In this document: positions 10,644-22,351 of the stretch, one piece after another | How the letters are laid out: each line of letters begins with the position of its first letter | Numbering within the stretch: position 1 is the first letter of the stretch | NCBI GenBank assembly: GCA_904063045.1 | Contig: CAJFCJ010000005.1 | Location: forward strand, 2,536,165 to 2,600,164 | Origin: Dimorphilus gyrociliatus | Lineage: Eukaryota; Animalia; Annelida | DNA length: 64,000 nucleotides | Reading direction: 5' to 3' | The notes under the pieces: generated by a model | What the model was told of the DNA's origin: nothing | The model's database searches: none | What the model saw: the letters and a program-made list of their open reading frames with translations, nothing else | Translations under genes and position numbers: made by a program

Positions 10644-10812
10644 TTAACATTCTGTTCCAACAAATTTTTGTCTAGTGTCTCTTTTTTGAAATCGTAGTCT
10701 ACGGTTAGGATACAGTTATTTATGTTTCGTTTGTGATGATTGCAGCTTTTATTCGTCTAAATCATGTAAAGTCGACGCCGATATTAATACATTATACTAT
10801 AAAAACTTTGAT

Positions 10813-12408
10813 TTATTTTATATCTCTTAATTTATATAAAGCAGTTTCAGAAGAATTTGAACAAATGAAAGTTGATTTTCCATATCCTAAGATCTTTGAA
10901 CACTGCTTTAACTTTTGCTTTTGTTTGAAAGCGTAATCGTAAAAGTATATAAAGCTGTCATCATAATCTTGTTGTAATACTATATATCCGTGTGGTAAGT
11001 ATTCAAAAATATCTTTAACGTTTGGTATATTGAATGATTCTTTGATCGATCCATCATCAGCCGAGAGGAAAATTAGAGTTTTATCAATCTTATTTTGAAC
11101 GATAATATCACCATTACACCTCATAAAAAGACCAGAGAATAAAGCGTTCTTAATCATCCAACGAAAACTTCCATTAACAAATAGGTAGTATTTATCTTTT
11201 CTTTTAGCACCTACATATTTTAATCCCGTTTGATCTTCTCTAGCTACAATCGATGTGAACGATTTATTATAAAAATGCTTAAACTCTACAGTTTGCAAAG
11301 GAGTAGATAATTCGAAGTGTAAAATATGACCATTATCTGATGATAGACCATAAATATCATGATCAGTCATTGCAAATTGCGATATAGTTGGTTCAAGTAG
11401 GCAACTTTCATCAGGTAAATTTAGAAATTTTCGGAAAACTATCCGATTAAACTTCTTTCGTAATACTGATTTTAAATAATTATCCGATTGGAGGAAGAGA
11501 AATCCACCGTTTCTTATATAAATTGATGGAGATTTGATTTTTTCTATTGAGAGAAATTTAACTAATTCCTTTTGAGGAGAACAATCTTGATTATTATTAT
11601 CTAATGACATTTCAGTTAGATTCAATGATTCTTTCGATAACAAATCATCAATTGGAGGTTTATAATTACGATTTTTCTCTGTTTTTTCTTGTAAAGCAAC
11701 AGCAAGCGATACTCTTGGCGGTTGTTCTAGTATTAATTTTGTTTTTGGTAACATTTTTAAATAGGAATCCAATTGTTTCTTGTTTGTAAGAGTAGAATTC
11801 ATATTGCTCATCATAGCATCCAATTCATGATTTTTCGTGTTATAAAATTCCCTAATCTTCTCTTTCAGTTTGGAAAACTCCTCTTGAAGCAGTTTATAGC
11901 CAGCAACTTCGTATTCTCCTATAGCTTTTATTAAAATATCACTATTTTCTGAATTGATGTTCTTTTGATCATTAAATGCCTGTTCATATGTTTTCATTAA
12001 GTTCGGTGAAGATTTACAAGGTATAATTCGACAATGCAATCCCGAATGATCTTGATTTAAACAATCTTCACAAATTGGTGGTGAATTGCAAGTTTTACAA
12101 AAAATTGGAGGAGAAATTAGTTCTTTTAGGTGTATTTTACAATTATGAATCATATCCTCTTCCAATGATTGCGTGAGAGAAGAAATTAAAAGATTCCTTG
12201 GAAAATTAATAACACCTCCGTTAGGAATTGTTACGTTTTGCCGACAAACTGGACATTTTATTGTATTATTCGTTTCCAAGTTCTCTAGACAATCAAGACA
12301 AAACGTATGCTGGCAAGGAAGTACCCTTGGTTTATTTCTCAGCCAAGATTCTAGACAAATAGCGCAGCTTAACGTTTCCTCATTAACAATTAAACGTCTA
12401 CCTGCCAT
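10813..12408 (-). CDS. TRIM-like RBCC + propeller
   Basis: RING CAICLESW..PRVLPCQHTFCLDCL..CPVCR..PNGGVINFPRN; B-box CKIH..CKTC..ICEDCLNQDHSGLHC; extended linker. Confidence 0.92.
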   Translation of the reverse strand: MAGRRLIVNEETLSCAICLESWLRNKPRVLPCQHTFCLDCLENLETNNTIKCPVCRQNVTIPNGGVINFPRNLLISSLTQSLEEDMIHNCKIHLKELISPPIFCKTCNSPPICEDCLNQDHSGLHCRIIPCKSSPNLMKTYEQAFNDQKNINSENSDILIKAIGEYEVAGYKLLQEEFSKLKEKIREFYNTKNHELDAMMSNMNSTLTNKKQLDSYLKMLPKTKLILEQPPRVSLAVALQEKTEKNRNYKPPIDDLLSKESLNLTEMSLDNNNQDCSPQKELVKFLSIEKIKSPSIYIRNGGFLFLQSDNYLKSVLRKKFNRIVFRKFLNLPDESCLLEPTISQFAMTDHDIYGLSSDNGHILHFELSTPLQTVEFKHFYNKSFTSIVAREDQTGLKYVGAKRKDKYYLFVNGSFRWMIKNALFSGLFMRCNGDIIVQNKIDKTLIFLSADDGSIKESFNIPNVKDIFEYLPHGYIVLQQDYDDSFIYFYDYAFKQKQKLKQCSKILGYGKSTFICSNSSETALYKLRDIK

Positions 12409-12605
12409 AATAGACTCTGACCAATCTTACGTGATACCAACTAACTTGAAGATCAAATCAAAATAACGAAAAAGACAAGAAATTCAAGAGAGTACTTGAA
12501 AAATTTCTATCTATTCCTTTCTCAGTATCAGCAGTTATTTTATATTGATTATTTGATAACTTACAATACATAGCAAAGTACAATGTCAATATTAGTCATA
12601 CCCGA

Positions 12606-13500
12606 CTATTTGAATAGATATGATATACATTTTTCATTAATATGGTATAAACATATAAAATCTTCTTTGGTTACTCCAAAAAAATGGATAATAATGACTC
12701 ATTTCGAATTTCTTTAATTGTTCAGATTTTCCTTCTTTGTATTTGAATTAATTTCGCTTTTTCAATAGAATTCCCTATATTCGTAGGGAAATCATATTGA
12801 ATTGAATATTGTAAACAACTTATTACAGAATGAATCTCTATAGCATTGTATTAATCTTCTATTTTTTCATTCAACAATATAATATCCCTTATGAAGAATG
12901 CTATCAATTTCTTCTCTTCCCATTACTATAAAATGACCATACTCTTCCACTAGTATAAATTTACGTTCATTTCTTTTTTCCTAAGGTCCAAATCAAGAAG
13001 AAAAGATTGACTAGATATGGAAGATTTTCTTGAGAATAATATTTTATCCTAGAATCATTTTGAATTGAAAGATAATTGGAAATTTAGCATTTTCATATCA
13101 AAATTACGTATAAAGTAAAATCTTTCGTCACCAACGAAAAATGAATTGGAATCACCTTCTGAGAATTTATTTTTCCTTAATCCTAATTAAATTATCACCA
13201 GAAAGATAATCAAGTTTCTTATCATGTAAAACATCCAATCCAATTGAAATAACTGGTAGTTGTTGTTCTTCAGATAGACGTTTCATTTTTGTATTTCAAA
13301 TTCGTTCATGAATGAATTGTCTTTATCTCTTGTGCTAAATTTCACTCTTCTCTTTTAAGTAGGTTATCACATTTAATTCATTTAGTCTTTTTGTCCTCTC
13401 GAGTTCTGCTGCTAGGATAAGATATTCGACTCTTTTATTCTTATCTCTTTTCCTATTGCCGATCGACAATTATCAAATATCTCTCACATAAATTCATATA
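12606..13500 (-). pseudogene. Decayed TRIM-propeller paralog
   Basis: Manual minus-strand translation gives stop/frameshift-broken fragments matching the family: NLCERYL, KRLSEEQQLPVISIGLD, NSFFVGDERFYF, ILHKGYYIV and the C-terminus FGVTKEDFICLYHINEKCISYLFK* (stop at 12606-12608). The 5' boundary is approximate. Confidence 0.65.
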
Positions 13501-14353
13501 TATAAGATAATATTCAGTTTTCCGTTTTTATGTTAGTTAATACGGAAAATAATCTGTCCATTTTCGAGGTCGAAACTTTTAATCAACCACTTTTAATTTC
13601 CTAAATGTTATCTCTTTTTATGACGAGATATTAAATGTTAATAATAACAATAATAATACTGCAAAACAGCAATGTACACGACTAATACAGTATATAAATT
13701 TGCAGAAAAGGTTATAAAATATATCCTTGATAGGATATTAACCCAATTAACAATTATATTTAAAGTATAGTTATTCTTAAGAATCTATACAGTATTATTA
13801 CTGTATTTAAATTGAATATTGATTATTACAGTAAACTTCAAAAGTATCAATTGAATACAGAAAATTCTAGAATATCTTCAATTTTAATTTCGCATTCAAC
13901 ATTGAAAAGTTTTTATGAAAGTTTTCATTTTATAATAAATTTTATTAAATATTTTGTGTTTTATTTCATTTTTTAAGTAGAAAAGTTTAATTATATTCTC
14001 TTTTAAACATTTTATTTCAACTGATGGACGATATTCTACGTGATTTTTGGCAAGTTTTTCCTTAATTTGACGAGTTTTAAGTAAATAAATCAATATTTTA
14101 CAGTCTTCTATATACAGTATATATGTTAAAAGAATAATATAGAGTTCTATATGGCTATAAAAAATTATAAATAGGCTAAATGAGACTGTAAAGATTACTG
14201 ACATAGGCAAAACATATGCTCATTCTGTAGTAGTATTATTTCATATACGAAAAGTTTTAAGCATGAAACGACCTCTTTATTAACCTTTAATAAGCTTTAT
14301 TTTATACAGGGCATCTGTACTAGTAATTATCTTTTAAAATTGAATATTTTAAT

Positions 14354-15892
14354 ATGGCTTCTACGAAATTTTACGTTAATGTCGATAAGCTTGAATGCGC
14401 TATTTGCGTCGAACCTTGGCTGGAGAAGAATCCAAGAACATTGCCTTGTCAACATACATTCTGTTTAAAATGTTTGCAGCAACTACGAGTAGTAGTTAAT
14501 TGCTTAAAGTGTCCTGTTTGCCGTCAAGAAGCAAATGTACCTGAAAAAGATGTTACAAAATTTCCTAAATGTCTTTTAGTAAACGCAATAGAGGAAGATA
14601 AGGGTAAGGATGAGACCTGTTCAACACATAATAAGAAAGCGTTTAAGCCTCTGCTTTGCTGTAAGAGCTGCAAAAAGATAAATATTTGTATCGATTGTAT
14701 TGAACTAGATCATTCTTTTGCAACCTGTTCGATTGTAACGCTTAATTCTCTTGAAATTGGTTTAAATAAGTTACGACAAACGTTTATGGCCGCAATACAA
14801 GATCAAAAGAAATTGGATTTAAAGAATAAAAATCTCCTATTGACAGACATTGAAAAGGCTAAGCAGACTTGCTATTTAGAGGTTGATAGCTATTTTGAAG
14901 ATGCTCAGAAGAAAATTAAGAAATATTTCGATAAGAAAGCACTTAAATTGAAATTTAGCCCAAAAGAAAGAGATAATCTATTTGTAAATGAAAAAGAGAT
15001 AGATAAAAAACTGGAATGTTTGTCAAACGATCAATTATCTATAATCAATGAACAAGGTCTTAAATTTCGTATTGAATTTGATTTTACAATTAATCAAGAT
15101 ACTGTTGATGCCTCATTTAAGCAACTATTTAGACTAGGTGGCGGTAGTATTACAGCAAGTGATCCTTATACATGTTGCTGCGTTACTAACGAAGGATTTT
15201 ATCATTTTAGCTTTAACGAAACAAAAAAATTATTCCTTTTACCAAATTTCGAACCTGTTGCCAAGGCTTGCGATCTACAACTTGAGATATTTACCCTTGA
15301 TAGGGATATTGATAAGTATATTATTACAGACAATTATATATTTGGTATAGATACGAGAACAAAATCACTTGTATTCTCAAGAAAACCATTCGATACACTT
15401 ATATATTTTGAAGAAGTCGACTCAGCGAAAACTTCCTCATTAAGAGCAATTGAAGATATCTATGGACAAACTTATATTCTATGCTTTTCAATTGAAAATA
15501 GAGAATGTAAGTTTTTTATCAATAGAATTCACGAATGGTCAATTCTCAATTGTAAAGACGTTGGATGTATTCTAAATACTGGATATCCTATTGTCAAAAC
15601 ATGTGATAATAAATTAATTATGCTAGAAAAACGAACTGGTTTAGTACTCAAATCAATAGAATGTCCTGAAAATTCATTTATGTATGATTTCTCACCATAC
15701 GGCATTTTGATGACGAGTGAAAGTGAAAAATATAAAAGTGATACCGTACTTTTCTTATACAACTACGATTTACATTTGATAAAGAAAATTGCCAAATTTA
15801 AAAGAGCACGTATACTTGGAACGTCAAAGATGAATATCTTTTGCATTTACTTTATAGATGATAAGAGATATAGATTTTATGAATTTAAATGA
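14354..15892 (+). CDS. TRIM-like RBCC + propeller
   Basis: RING CAICVEPW..PRTLPCQHTFCLKCL..CPVCR; B-box CSTH..CKSC..ICIDCIELDHSFATC; propeller CILNTGYPIV. Confidence 0.92.
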   Translation: MASTKFYVNVDKLECAICVEPWLEKNPRTLPCQHTFCLKCLQQLRVVVNCLKCPVCRQEANVPEKDVTKFPKCLLVNAIEEDKGKDETCSTHNKKAFKPLLCCKSCKKINICIDCIELDHSFATCSIVTLNSLEIGLNKLRQTFMAAIQDQKKLDLKNKNLLLTDIEKAKQTCYLEVDSYFEDAQKKIKKYFDKKALKLKFSPKERDNLFVNEKEIDKKLECLSNDQLSIINEQGLKFRIEFDFTINQDTVDASFKQLFRLGGGSITASDPYTCCCVTNEGFYHFSFNETKKLFLLPNFEPVAKACDLQLEIFTLDRDIDKYIITDNYIFGIDTRTKSLVFSRKPFDTLIYFEEVDSAKTSSLRAIEDIYGQTYILCFSIENRECKFFINRIHEWSILNCKDVGCILNTGYPIVKTCDNKLIMLEKRTGLVLKSIECPENSFMYDFSPYGILMTSESEKYKSDTVLFLYNYDLHLIKKIAKFKRARILGTSKMNIFCIYFIDDKRYRFYEFK

Positions 15893-16541
15893 AAAACAGT
15901 AATGAAAGTAGTTTTTATCTTTTTCTTTTCTTTTATAAAAAAAAGTTCAGCCATTTTTATAGAATTTTTTTGACATATTTTTTTAATTAGTAAATTTATT
16001 AATTAATAAAAACATAATAAATTTTTTATTATATGTTTTTAATACAAAAAAAATTAATAATTTTAATAACAAGTATGGTTTCAATTAGTGTGGTTCTATT
16101 CTTTATCTTTTCGTACTTTTTTCTTTAACTATAAAAAGTATCTTTTCTAGTAAAATATGTTTTCTTTATGAAAAGTTATTAATAGCTTTTTTTAAATGAT
16201 TAGACTACTTTAAGTAATATTATTAATAAATTTTTAAAGAAATTACTTTTTGGCGGATGGGCCTCTATTTGGCCTATCTTGGGGGTGACTGCGTGCACAC
16301 CATTATATCGTAGACTTACACTGCTTAACTTAAAATAACAGAAGATAAAATAAGCTACTTTTCTGTTATTCAACACATTTCTACAGAACAAAAAGTCTTT
16401 CTTTCTATTAAAATATTCGTTTGAATATTTTAATTTTATAGGAATCCGAGAAAAGTGAGTTCTTGGCTTTAAACTAATATATAAATTTCTATTAACTATA
16501 ACTGATTGACCTTAATGTATTTAGACTTTTTGGACGAAAGA

Positions 16542-18047
16542 ATGAGTGACCGTTATACTATTAATAAAAGCGAACTTGTATGTGCAATATGCGTTGAATC
16601 CTGGGTCGAGAGGGATCCAAGAACGCTACCGTGTCAGCATACATTCTGCCTTGGCTGTCTAAAGCAATTAAAAACGTCACACTCGATCGAATGTCCCATT
16701 TGTCGTCGGAAAGTGAATGTTCCCAATAGGGATGTCAGTTTTTTCCCTAAGAGTTTGCTTTTAAGCGCTATTGAAAAAACGAGAACTGAGGATGAATTAT
16801 GCTCTGATCACCAGAAACAAGCGTTCAAACCTCTTCTATCTTGTAAAACTTGTATGAAGACGAATTTGTGCAATGATTGTTTAGAACAAGATCATTCTGG
16901 AGATAGATGCTGTATTGTAACGCTAAGTTCGTTGCAAAACGGAATGGCATCTTTCCAGAACAAATTCAAAGCTTTGATCGACAAACAGAGGGAAAAGGAT
17001 AAAAGAGCCCAACATCTTTTAGTTACTGAAATTGATCGAGTCAATTCAGATTGCCGATCGAAAATAGATTCATATTTCGATACTATGAGACGAAAGCTAA
17101 AGAAATATTTCGATAAAAAAGATAAAAAGTTGAAGTTCAGTGCCAATGAAAACGAGTTCTTGTTTTTGAATGAAAAGGAGATTGAGAAAAGGATGACAAT
17201 TCTATTAAAAGAGCCACTACCAGTCATAGACTCTCCAACAATTTCGTATTCGAATATCATAAACTTTTCTTTATGTCAGAATATGGTTGATACTTCCCAG
17301 AAGAGTTTAGTGAAAGTAAAAGAACATGATTTCGTGATTGATCATGTTAACTCGTTTAGTGTTTCATGTGAAGGATTTTACTACACAATGAACAATCAGC
17401 TAGATATCTTGTACTACAAACCCTCACCAACTGCAGATGTTGCACCAATTTTTCTAGATAGAGAAGTTGGCAATTTTGTTGTAACGACCAACTTTATGTA
17501 CGCTATAGATCATGGAACTGGTTTGCTTTTGAATGCTAAGAAGCCATTCGGGCATCGTATTACTCTGGAACTCTTTGATTTAACTAAAGCATGTGCGTTG
17601 AGAGCATTGGAAGACACGCATGGTCAAAGATATCTGATGAGTCATTTACCAGACGTAAAAGAATGTAAATTTTTCGTTCATGACCATTTTGAATGGTCTT
17701 TTTCCGAATGTAAAGATCTCGGTTGTCTTCTACACAATGGTTATCCTCTCGTTAGAACAACATCAGACAAGTTAGTGATACTTGATAAATACAGCGGGGT
17801 GCCAATCAGAAGTGTAGATTGCCCGCAGTACTCTGTTCAACACGATATCTCACCGTATGGTCTTCTGATGACAAGTGAAACTATTGTGAATGAAAGTTGG
17901 ATGGGACTCTTTCTATTCGACTACAATCTAAACATGATAAGAAATATTGACAAATTCATTAATTGTAGTATTTTAGGAACAACGACGGATGGAACAGTTG
18001 CTATTTACTCTTTCGAACATAAACTACAATATTTCGAATTTCAGTAG
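16542..18047 (+). CDS. TRIM-like RBCC + propeller (close paralog of 14354..15892)
   Basis: RING CAICVESW..PRTLPCQHTFCLGCL..CPICR; B-box CSDH..CKTC..LCNDCLEQDH..CC. Start set at MSDRYTINK (16542); the ORF-track start is a TTG. Confidence 0.92.
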   Translation: MSDRYTINKSELVCAICVESWVERDPRTLPCQHTFCLGCLKQLKTSHSIECPICRRKVNVPNRDVSFFPKSLLLSAIEKTRTEDELCSDHQKQAFKPLLSCKTCMKTNLCNDCLEQDHSGDRCCIVTLSSLQNGMASFQNKFKALIDKQREKDKRAQHLLVTEIDRVNSDCRSKIDSYFDTMRRKLKKYFDKKDKKLKFSANENEFLFLNEKEIEKRMTILLKEPLPVIDSPTISYSNIINFSLCQNMVDTSQKSLVKVKEHDFVIDHVNSFSVSCEGFYYTMNNQLDILYYKPSPTADVAPIFLDREVGNFVVTTNFMYAIDHGTGLLLNAKKPFGHRITLELFDLTKACALRALEDTHGQRYLMSHLPDVKECKFFVHDHFEWSFSECKDLGCLLHNGYPLVRTTSDKLVILDKYSGVPIRSVDCPQYSVQHDISPYGLLMTSETIVNESWMGLFLFDYNLNMIRNIDKFINCSILGTTTDGTVAIYSFEHKLQYFEFQ

Positions 18048-18159
18048 TTTGCTTATTGTGGTGACATTGTTCTTGGTATGATATTTGTATAGAGTACCAA
18101 CAAATTGAATAAATACGAGCAACAGTTGAAAAAAAGATGAAACACTTTGCAGCCGATAA

Positions 18160-19872
18160 TTACTTAATTGTAAACAAGCATATTTCACTTGACGTGAGAC
18201 AAATAAACCTGTTAATACTTGTTCCTAAAATTTTCAAACAAGCCATCAACTTTTCTCTTCTTTCGAACTTTTCATCGTACAGGTATAAATATTTTTCATC
18301 ACAGCTATCTTGACATAATACCAAGTAGCCGTGAGGCTGAAATTCACGTATATCTTCTAAATTATCGATTTTATATGACTTTTTAGAATCTCCAGTAGAC
18401 TTATCTAAAATCGATACTGTGTTCTCTGTCTCATTTCGAACTATAAGGTCACCATTGCACTTCATAGAAATATCAAGTAAAAGGGCTTGATGAATTTTCC
18501 AACGGAGTTTATCATTGAGAAATAAGTATAGATTACCTTCTTCGTCCCTAGCGCTTACATACCTTTGAAAAACTCCCGGTTCGTATGCCCTAAGTGATAC
18601 GTACCTTTTCTCACTTACAACTGTAAATTTAACGGATCTTCCCAAAGGTTTCTGAGAAGTTAAAAGAAATCCTTCATCGGAAGATAAAGCATAAATAAAG
18701 TTGAAAGTCATGACAAATTTTGAAATATGTTTATTGAGTTCAATCTCTAATTCCGGAAGATTTCCAAACGTACGAAAGAAAATGTGATTAGAATTGTTGG
18801 GGTTGTTAAAGGTATCTAAGTAAAAAAATCCGCTTCCTCCCACTTCCAAAGACGATGGATTTATCGTTTCCATAGAGTTTAGCTTTATTAGTCTTTTATC
18901 GAATTGTGCAATATTCGATGAATTTGATTCATGATTGGTAATTTCATTTTCGGTTGATGAAATTCGAGGATTTCCATTTAATTGACCGTTTTTGTGTAAG
19001 ATAGGATAAGCACCAAACAGATTTGGTTCTAGATTATAGCCGACAGGTCCTGGCTCTAAAACTAAGCTAAATTCCGATACATTTTTCAAAGATGTATTTG
19101 CTTGTTGCGATTCTTCTGATCTCTGTTTGAAGCGAACACTGCAAGAATCTACTTCACCTGTCGATAATTTATATTCAATCGATACTTTAGGTGTTTCTTT
19201 CATTATCATCTCGTTCTTTGATAGTTTTTCAAAAATCTTTTCAAAATCATCTTCATTTATCGACGCAATATTTAAACTTTCAACGCATTCGCCTACCATC
19301 TCACATTTCTTTGAATAAAATTCATAGACCTTAGCTTCAATATCACAGAATTCTTCTTCGATTTGTGCTATAGACGATAATCTATATTCTTTAACTAATT
19401 GCAATAACTCCTTTAGGGATTGCGAATTTTTATCTATTTGCCTTTTATATATATCATAACATCTGTTCAGCATATTTTTGAACGGTTCAAATGGAAGAAT
19501 TTCGCATGTTGATTCTGAATGATCCTGCTGAAGGCAATCTTCGCATATTTCTAGAGTAGCACAAGTCTTACAAAACAGAGTGGGTTGGACTACTTTTTTG
19601 GAATGTTTGCAACAATCTTCTACTAGATTATCGGCTTCAGCCTTTAGTTGACATATGTTGCCTAAATTTTTCGGAAAATTTACCACATCACCCATCGGAA
19701 CTATTATCTCACGACTGCAAGTAGGACATATAATAACGTTATTGATTACTAGACCTTGAAGGCATTGAACGCAGAATGTATGATGACAAGGCATTAGCCT
19801 TGATCCTGTCCGTAACCAAGAATTCCTACATATAGTACATTTCGAAGTATTATGAAATCTTTGGAAATCCAT
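18160..19872 (-). CDS. TRIM-like RBCC + long linker + propeller (paralog of 10813..12408)
   Basis: RING CTICRNSW..LMPCHHTFCVQCL..CPTC; B-box CCKH..CKTC..ICEDCLQQDHSESTC; ~90 aa polar linker insert. Confidence 0.9.
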   Translation of the reverse strand: MDFQRFHNTSKCTICRNSWLRTGSRLMPCHHTFCVQCLQGLVINNVIICPTCSREIIVPMGDVVNFPKNLGNICQLKAEADNLVEDCCKHSKKVVQPTLFCKTCATLEICEDCLQQDHSESTCEILPFEPFKNMLNRCYDIYKRQIDKNSQSLKELLQLVKEYRLSSIAQIEEEFCDIEAKVYEFYSKKCEMVGECVESLNIASINEDDFEKIFEKLSKNEMIMKETPKVSIEYKLSTGEVDSCSVRFKQRSEESQQANTSLKNVSEFSLVLEPGPVGYNLEPNLFGAYPILHKNGQLNGNPRISSTENEITNHESNSSNIAQFDKRLIKLNSMETINPSSLEVGGSGFFYLDTFNNPNNSNHIFFRTFGNLPELEIELNKHISKFVMTFNFIYALSSDEGFLLTSQKPLGRSVKFTVVSEKRYVSLRAYEPGVFQRYVSARDEEGNLYLFLNDKLRWKIHQALLLDISMKCNGDLIVRNETENTVSILDKSTGDSKKSYKIDNLEDIREFQPHGYLVLCQDSCDEKYLYLYDEKFERREKLMACLKILGTSINRFICLTSSEICLFTIK

Positions 19873-20490
19873 GGTAAAAAACGTAAATGTTTACTAAATA
19901 AAAGCTGTAAACGCAAAGAATCTAGAGAGCACTAAAATTGTTGTGAACAGTACTTTTAATATTAAAGAATTCCTTGATATTTATGAATTTTATCAGATAT
20001 TCTCACTAGTTGTTTGATAAGATGTGTTCAAAACTAGTATTCACATTGATATTCTCAATTGTTAACTAATTGTTCTGATGACTCAGAAGATCACTAATTA
20101 TAGATAATACCATTCCCAAAGCTTTTGCTGTTGCTGTCTTACTTTTCCCAGTTCATTAAATTTATGGATTACTAGTTTCCAAATATCTTTACTCCATTGA
20201 TAAATACCTAACGTACGCCAATTAACCCTTTTTGGCCTATAAAAAAAGATTAAACAGATTAAAAAGAAAAAAGAAAAAATTTTAAACCAGATTACTTGTT
20301 ACAGCCTGTACGTAAAATTAGTTATTAAAAAGATACAATAGTACATTTACCAAATGACAATAGTGGTTATTGACAGCCTATCCACAAGCAAAAAATCCAC
20401 TTGCTTAAATTATTAGTAGCAGTTCATTTTTTTTGTTTGCTATTAGCTGTCAGTGGTTGTTGTGAATTCTTCGTTTTAACACCGTATAAT

Positions 20491-21957
20491 ATGGCAACTA
20501 GCAGCTTTGTGATAAATGAAAAAGATATTAAATGTAATATTTGTACGAAATCATGGATAGACAAAGACCCAAAGCAACTCGAATGTCAACATGTCTTCTG
20601 CTATAAATGTTTGGCTAAGACTCTTGAAGATAATGTTAGGTTGACTTGTAAAACTTGTAAACGTGTTACTGAGGCTACCCTAGGAATTAGCACACTCCCT
20701 AGCTGTAAGTTCTCACAGCTCTTCAAGACAAAAAAAGATGTACCAACTTGTGTAATACATCCTGCAATAGTACCACCCTTCTACTGTGAATATTGTAAAG
20801 CAACAAACCTCTGCGTAGAATGTATGAGGAAACATACATCAGATCCAAACTGTAGAGTTGCGCCCATGGCTGATTTACAAATGTTAGTTCGAATGATAGA
20901 GGAGGAAAGAGAAAATCAAGAGAAACAAGAAACAGCCATAAAAGGGATCATGCAACAAGAAAAAGAGAAATGTATTAAGATGTTGAATAATAAGTTCGAT
21001 GAAATTCTATCTAAAGTCACAGACATATTCGAAAATAGACAAAAAGATTTGAAGCTTCTGTTGAGAAAAGAAAACTATTTCATGTCTGGAGAGGATTTAC
21101 AACATCGCTTGAAGGAGCTTTGTGGACGTACGATAAAACCTAACATACAACCTAACATCACTCTTGATTATGAGTTATTTAATGACCATGATTGTATAGT
21201 TGAGAAAAATATTGATGATATGAAACTTGACTATATAAAGACCATACACACTGATCGAGATTGTCGATACTGGATGGATAATGCTTTCTATATTTGCCTA
21301 AGTACTGAAAAGTAACAACAGTTAATACTTAAAACTTTTGATAATACCATTATAAAGGAAATACCTTTACAGCAGTATTTTCTACAGTATGAATTAACAG
21401 AACACTACTTTTACGGTATAGCATTAGACAAACGTTTATACAAGTCATTGATAAGCAATATTAACGATTCTGTTGCCCTTGAACAAGAAAACTGCATTCT
21501 GACGTATAATTTTATATTGGCGGTGGAAGAAGATTCTTTGGGAAAAAGCTACGTTATAGCCAAGAACAAGGTTGGCGATCTCGATTTTTATATGGAAGGA
21601 AAATATATATGGTGTAAACCAGCCGTAGATATAAACGTTGTTTGCTTCCTTCCCTTTTGTAATGTACTTATACGACAGGGCAACTCCCTTTTAGTTATCA
21701 GCAAAGACAACGGTTCTGTTTTATACGATATACCATTCAACATTGAGATATTAGGAGCATTCTCAGTTCCAAAAATAGGTATCCTGCTAAGTTTAAAACG
21801 TGAACAATGCAATATGGTATATCTATACGATTTTAATCTGAAAAAACATAGAGAAATGAATTGTGAATGGAATATTCTAACAGTAACAAAATCTGGTCGG
21901 ATTTTCATTAGAGAAAGTTCAACTAGCGATTTAGCCAAAATTTACAAGTTTAGATAA
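20491..21957 (+). pseudogene. TRIM-like RBCC + propeller interrupted by one in-frame TAA (21313-21315)
   Basis: ORFs 20401..21315 and 21448..21957 share a frame, and the intervening sequence reads open (QQLILKTFDNTIIKEIPLQQYFLQYELTEHYFYGIALDKRLYKS). Start MATSSF at 20491. Confidence 0.8.
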
Positions 21958-22351
21958 AATGACGTTTATTTTATTCTTTATATGTTAAATGCATAATTTT
22001 AGTTTGGCGTTACACATTTTCACAATTGTTTTTATCTATTTGTAACACCTTTTTGCACTGAGTTATTTTAACAATACAAATATGCAAATGAAAGAATTTC
22101 TCAACTGTTATATCTGTCTTTATAAAGTCTTAACAGAGATTTATAGTATTATTGATATAAGACAGTGAATAAAAGTTGGATAGTTTCCTAACAAAAAAAT
22201 CAATTAAATGGCCAAAATGTTAAAGATTAATATTAGACGAAATCCTCTTTTTTTTTTATATGAGAATGATCTTTTAACATTAGAAACTAAGTTTGTAAAT
22301 AATAATAAGTCAATACTACATTCACCTGTACTTAGCGTTTGAACGTTCATA

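Noticed and set aside
13896-14210. 104-aa minus-strand ORF
   Set aside because: Extremely AT-rich, Ile/Lys/Phe/Tyr-biased intergenic ORF with no motif.
20401-20490. Apparent signal peptide MLKLLVAVHFFCLLLAVSG on a TRIM ORF
   Set aside because: It starts at a TTG; paralogs begin at the downstream MA(T/S) ATG (20491), so this is probably 5' UTR or intron sequence.
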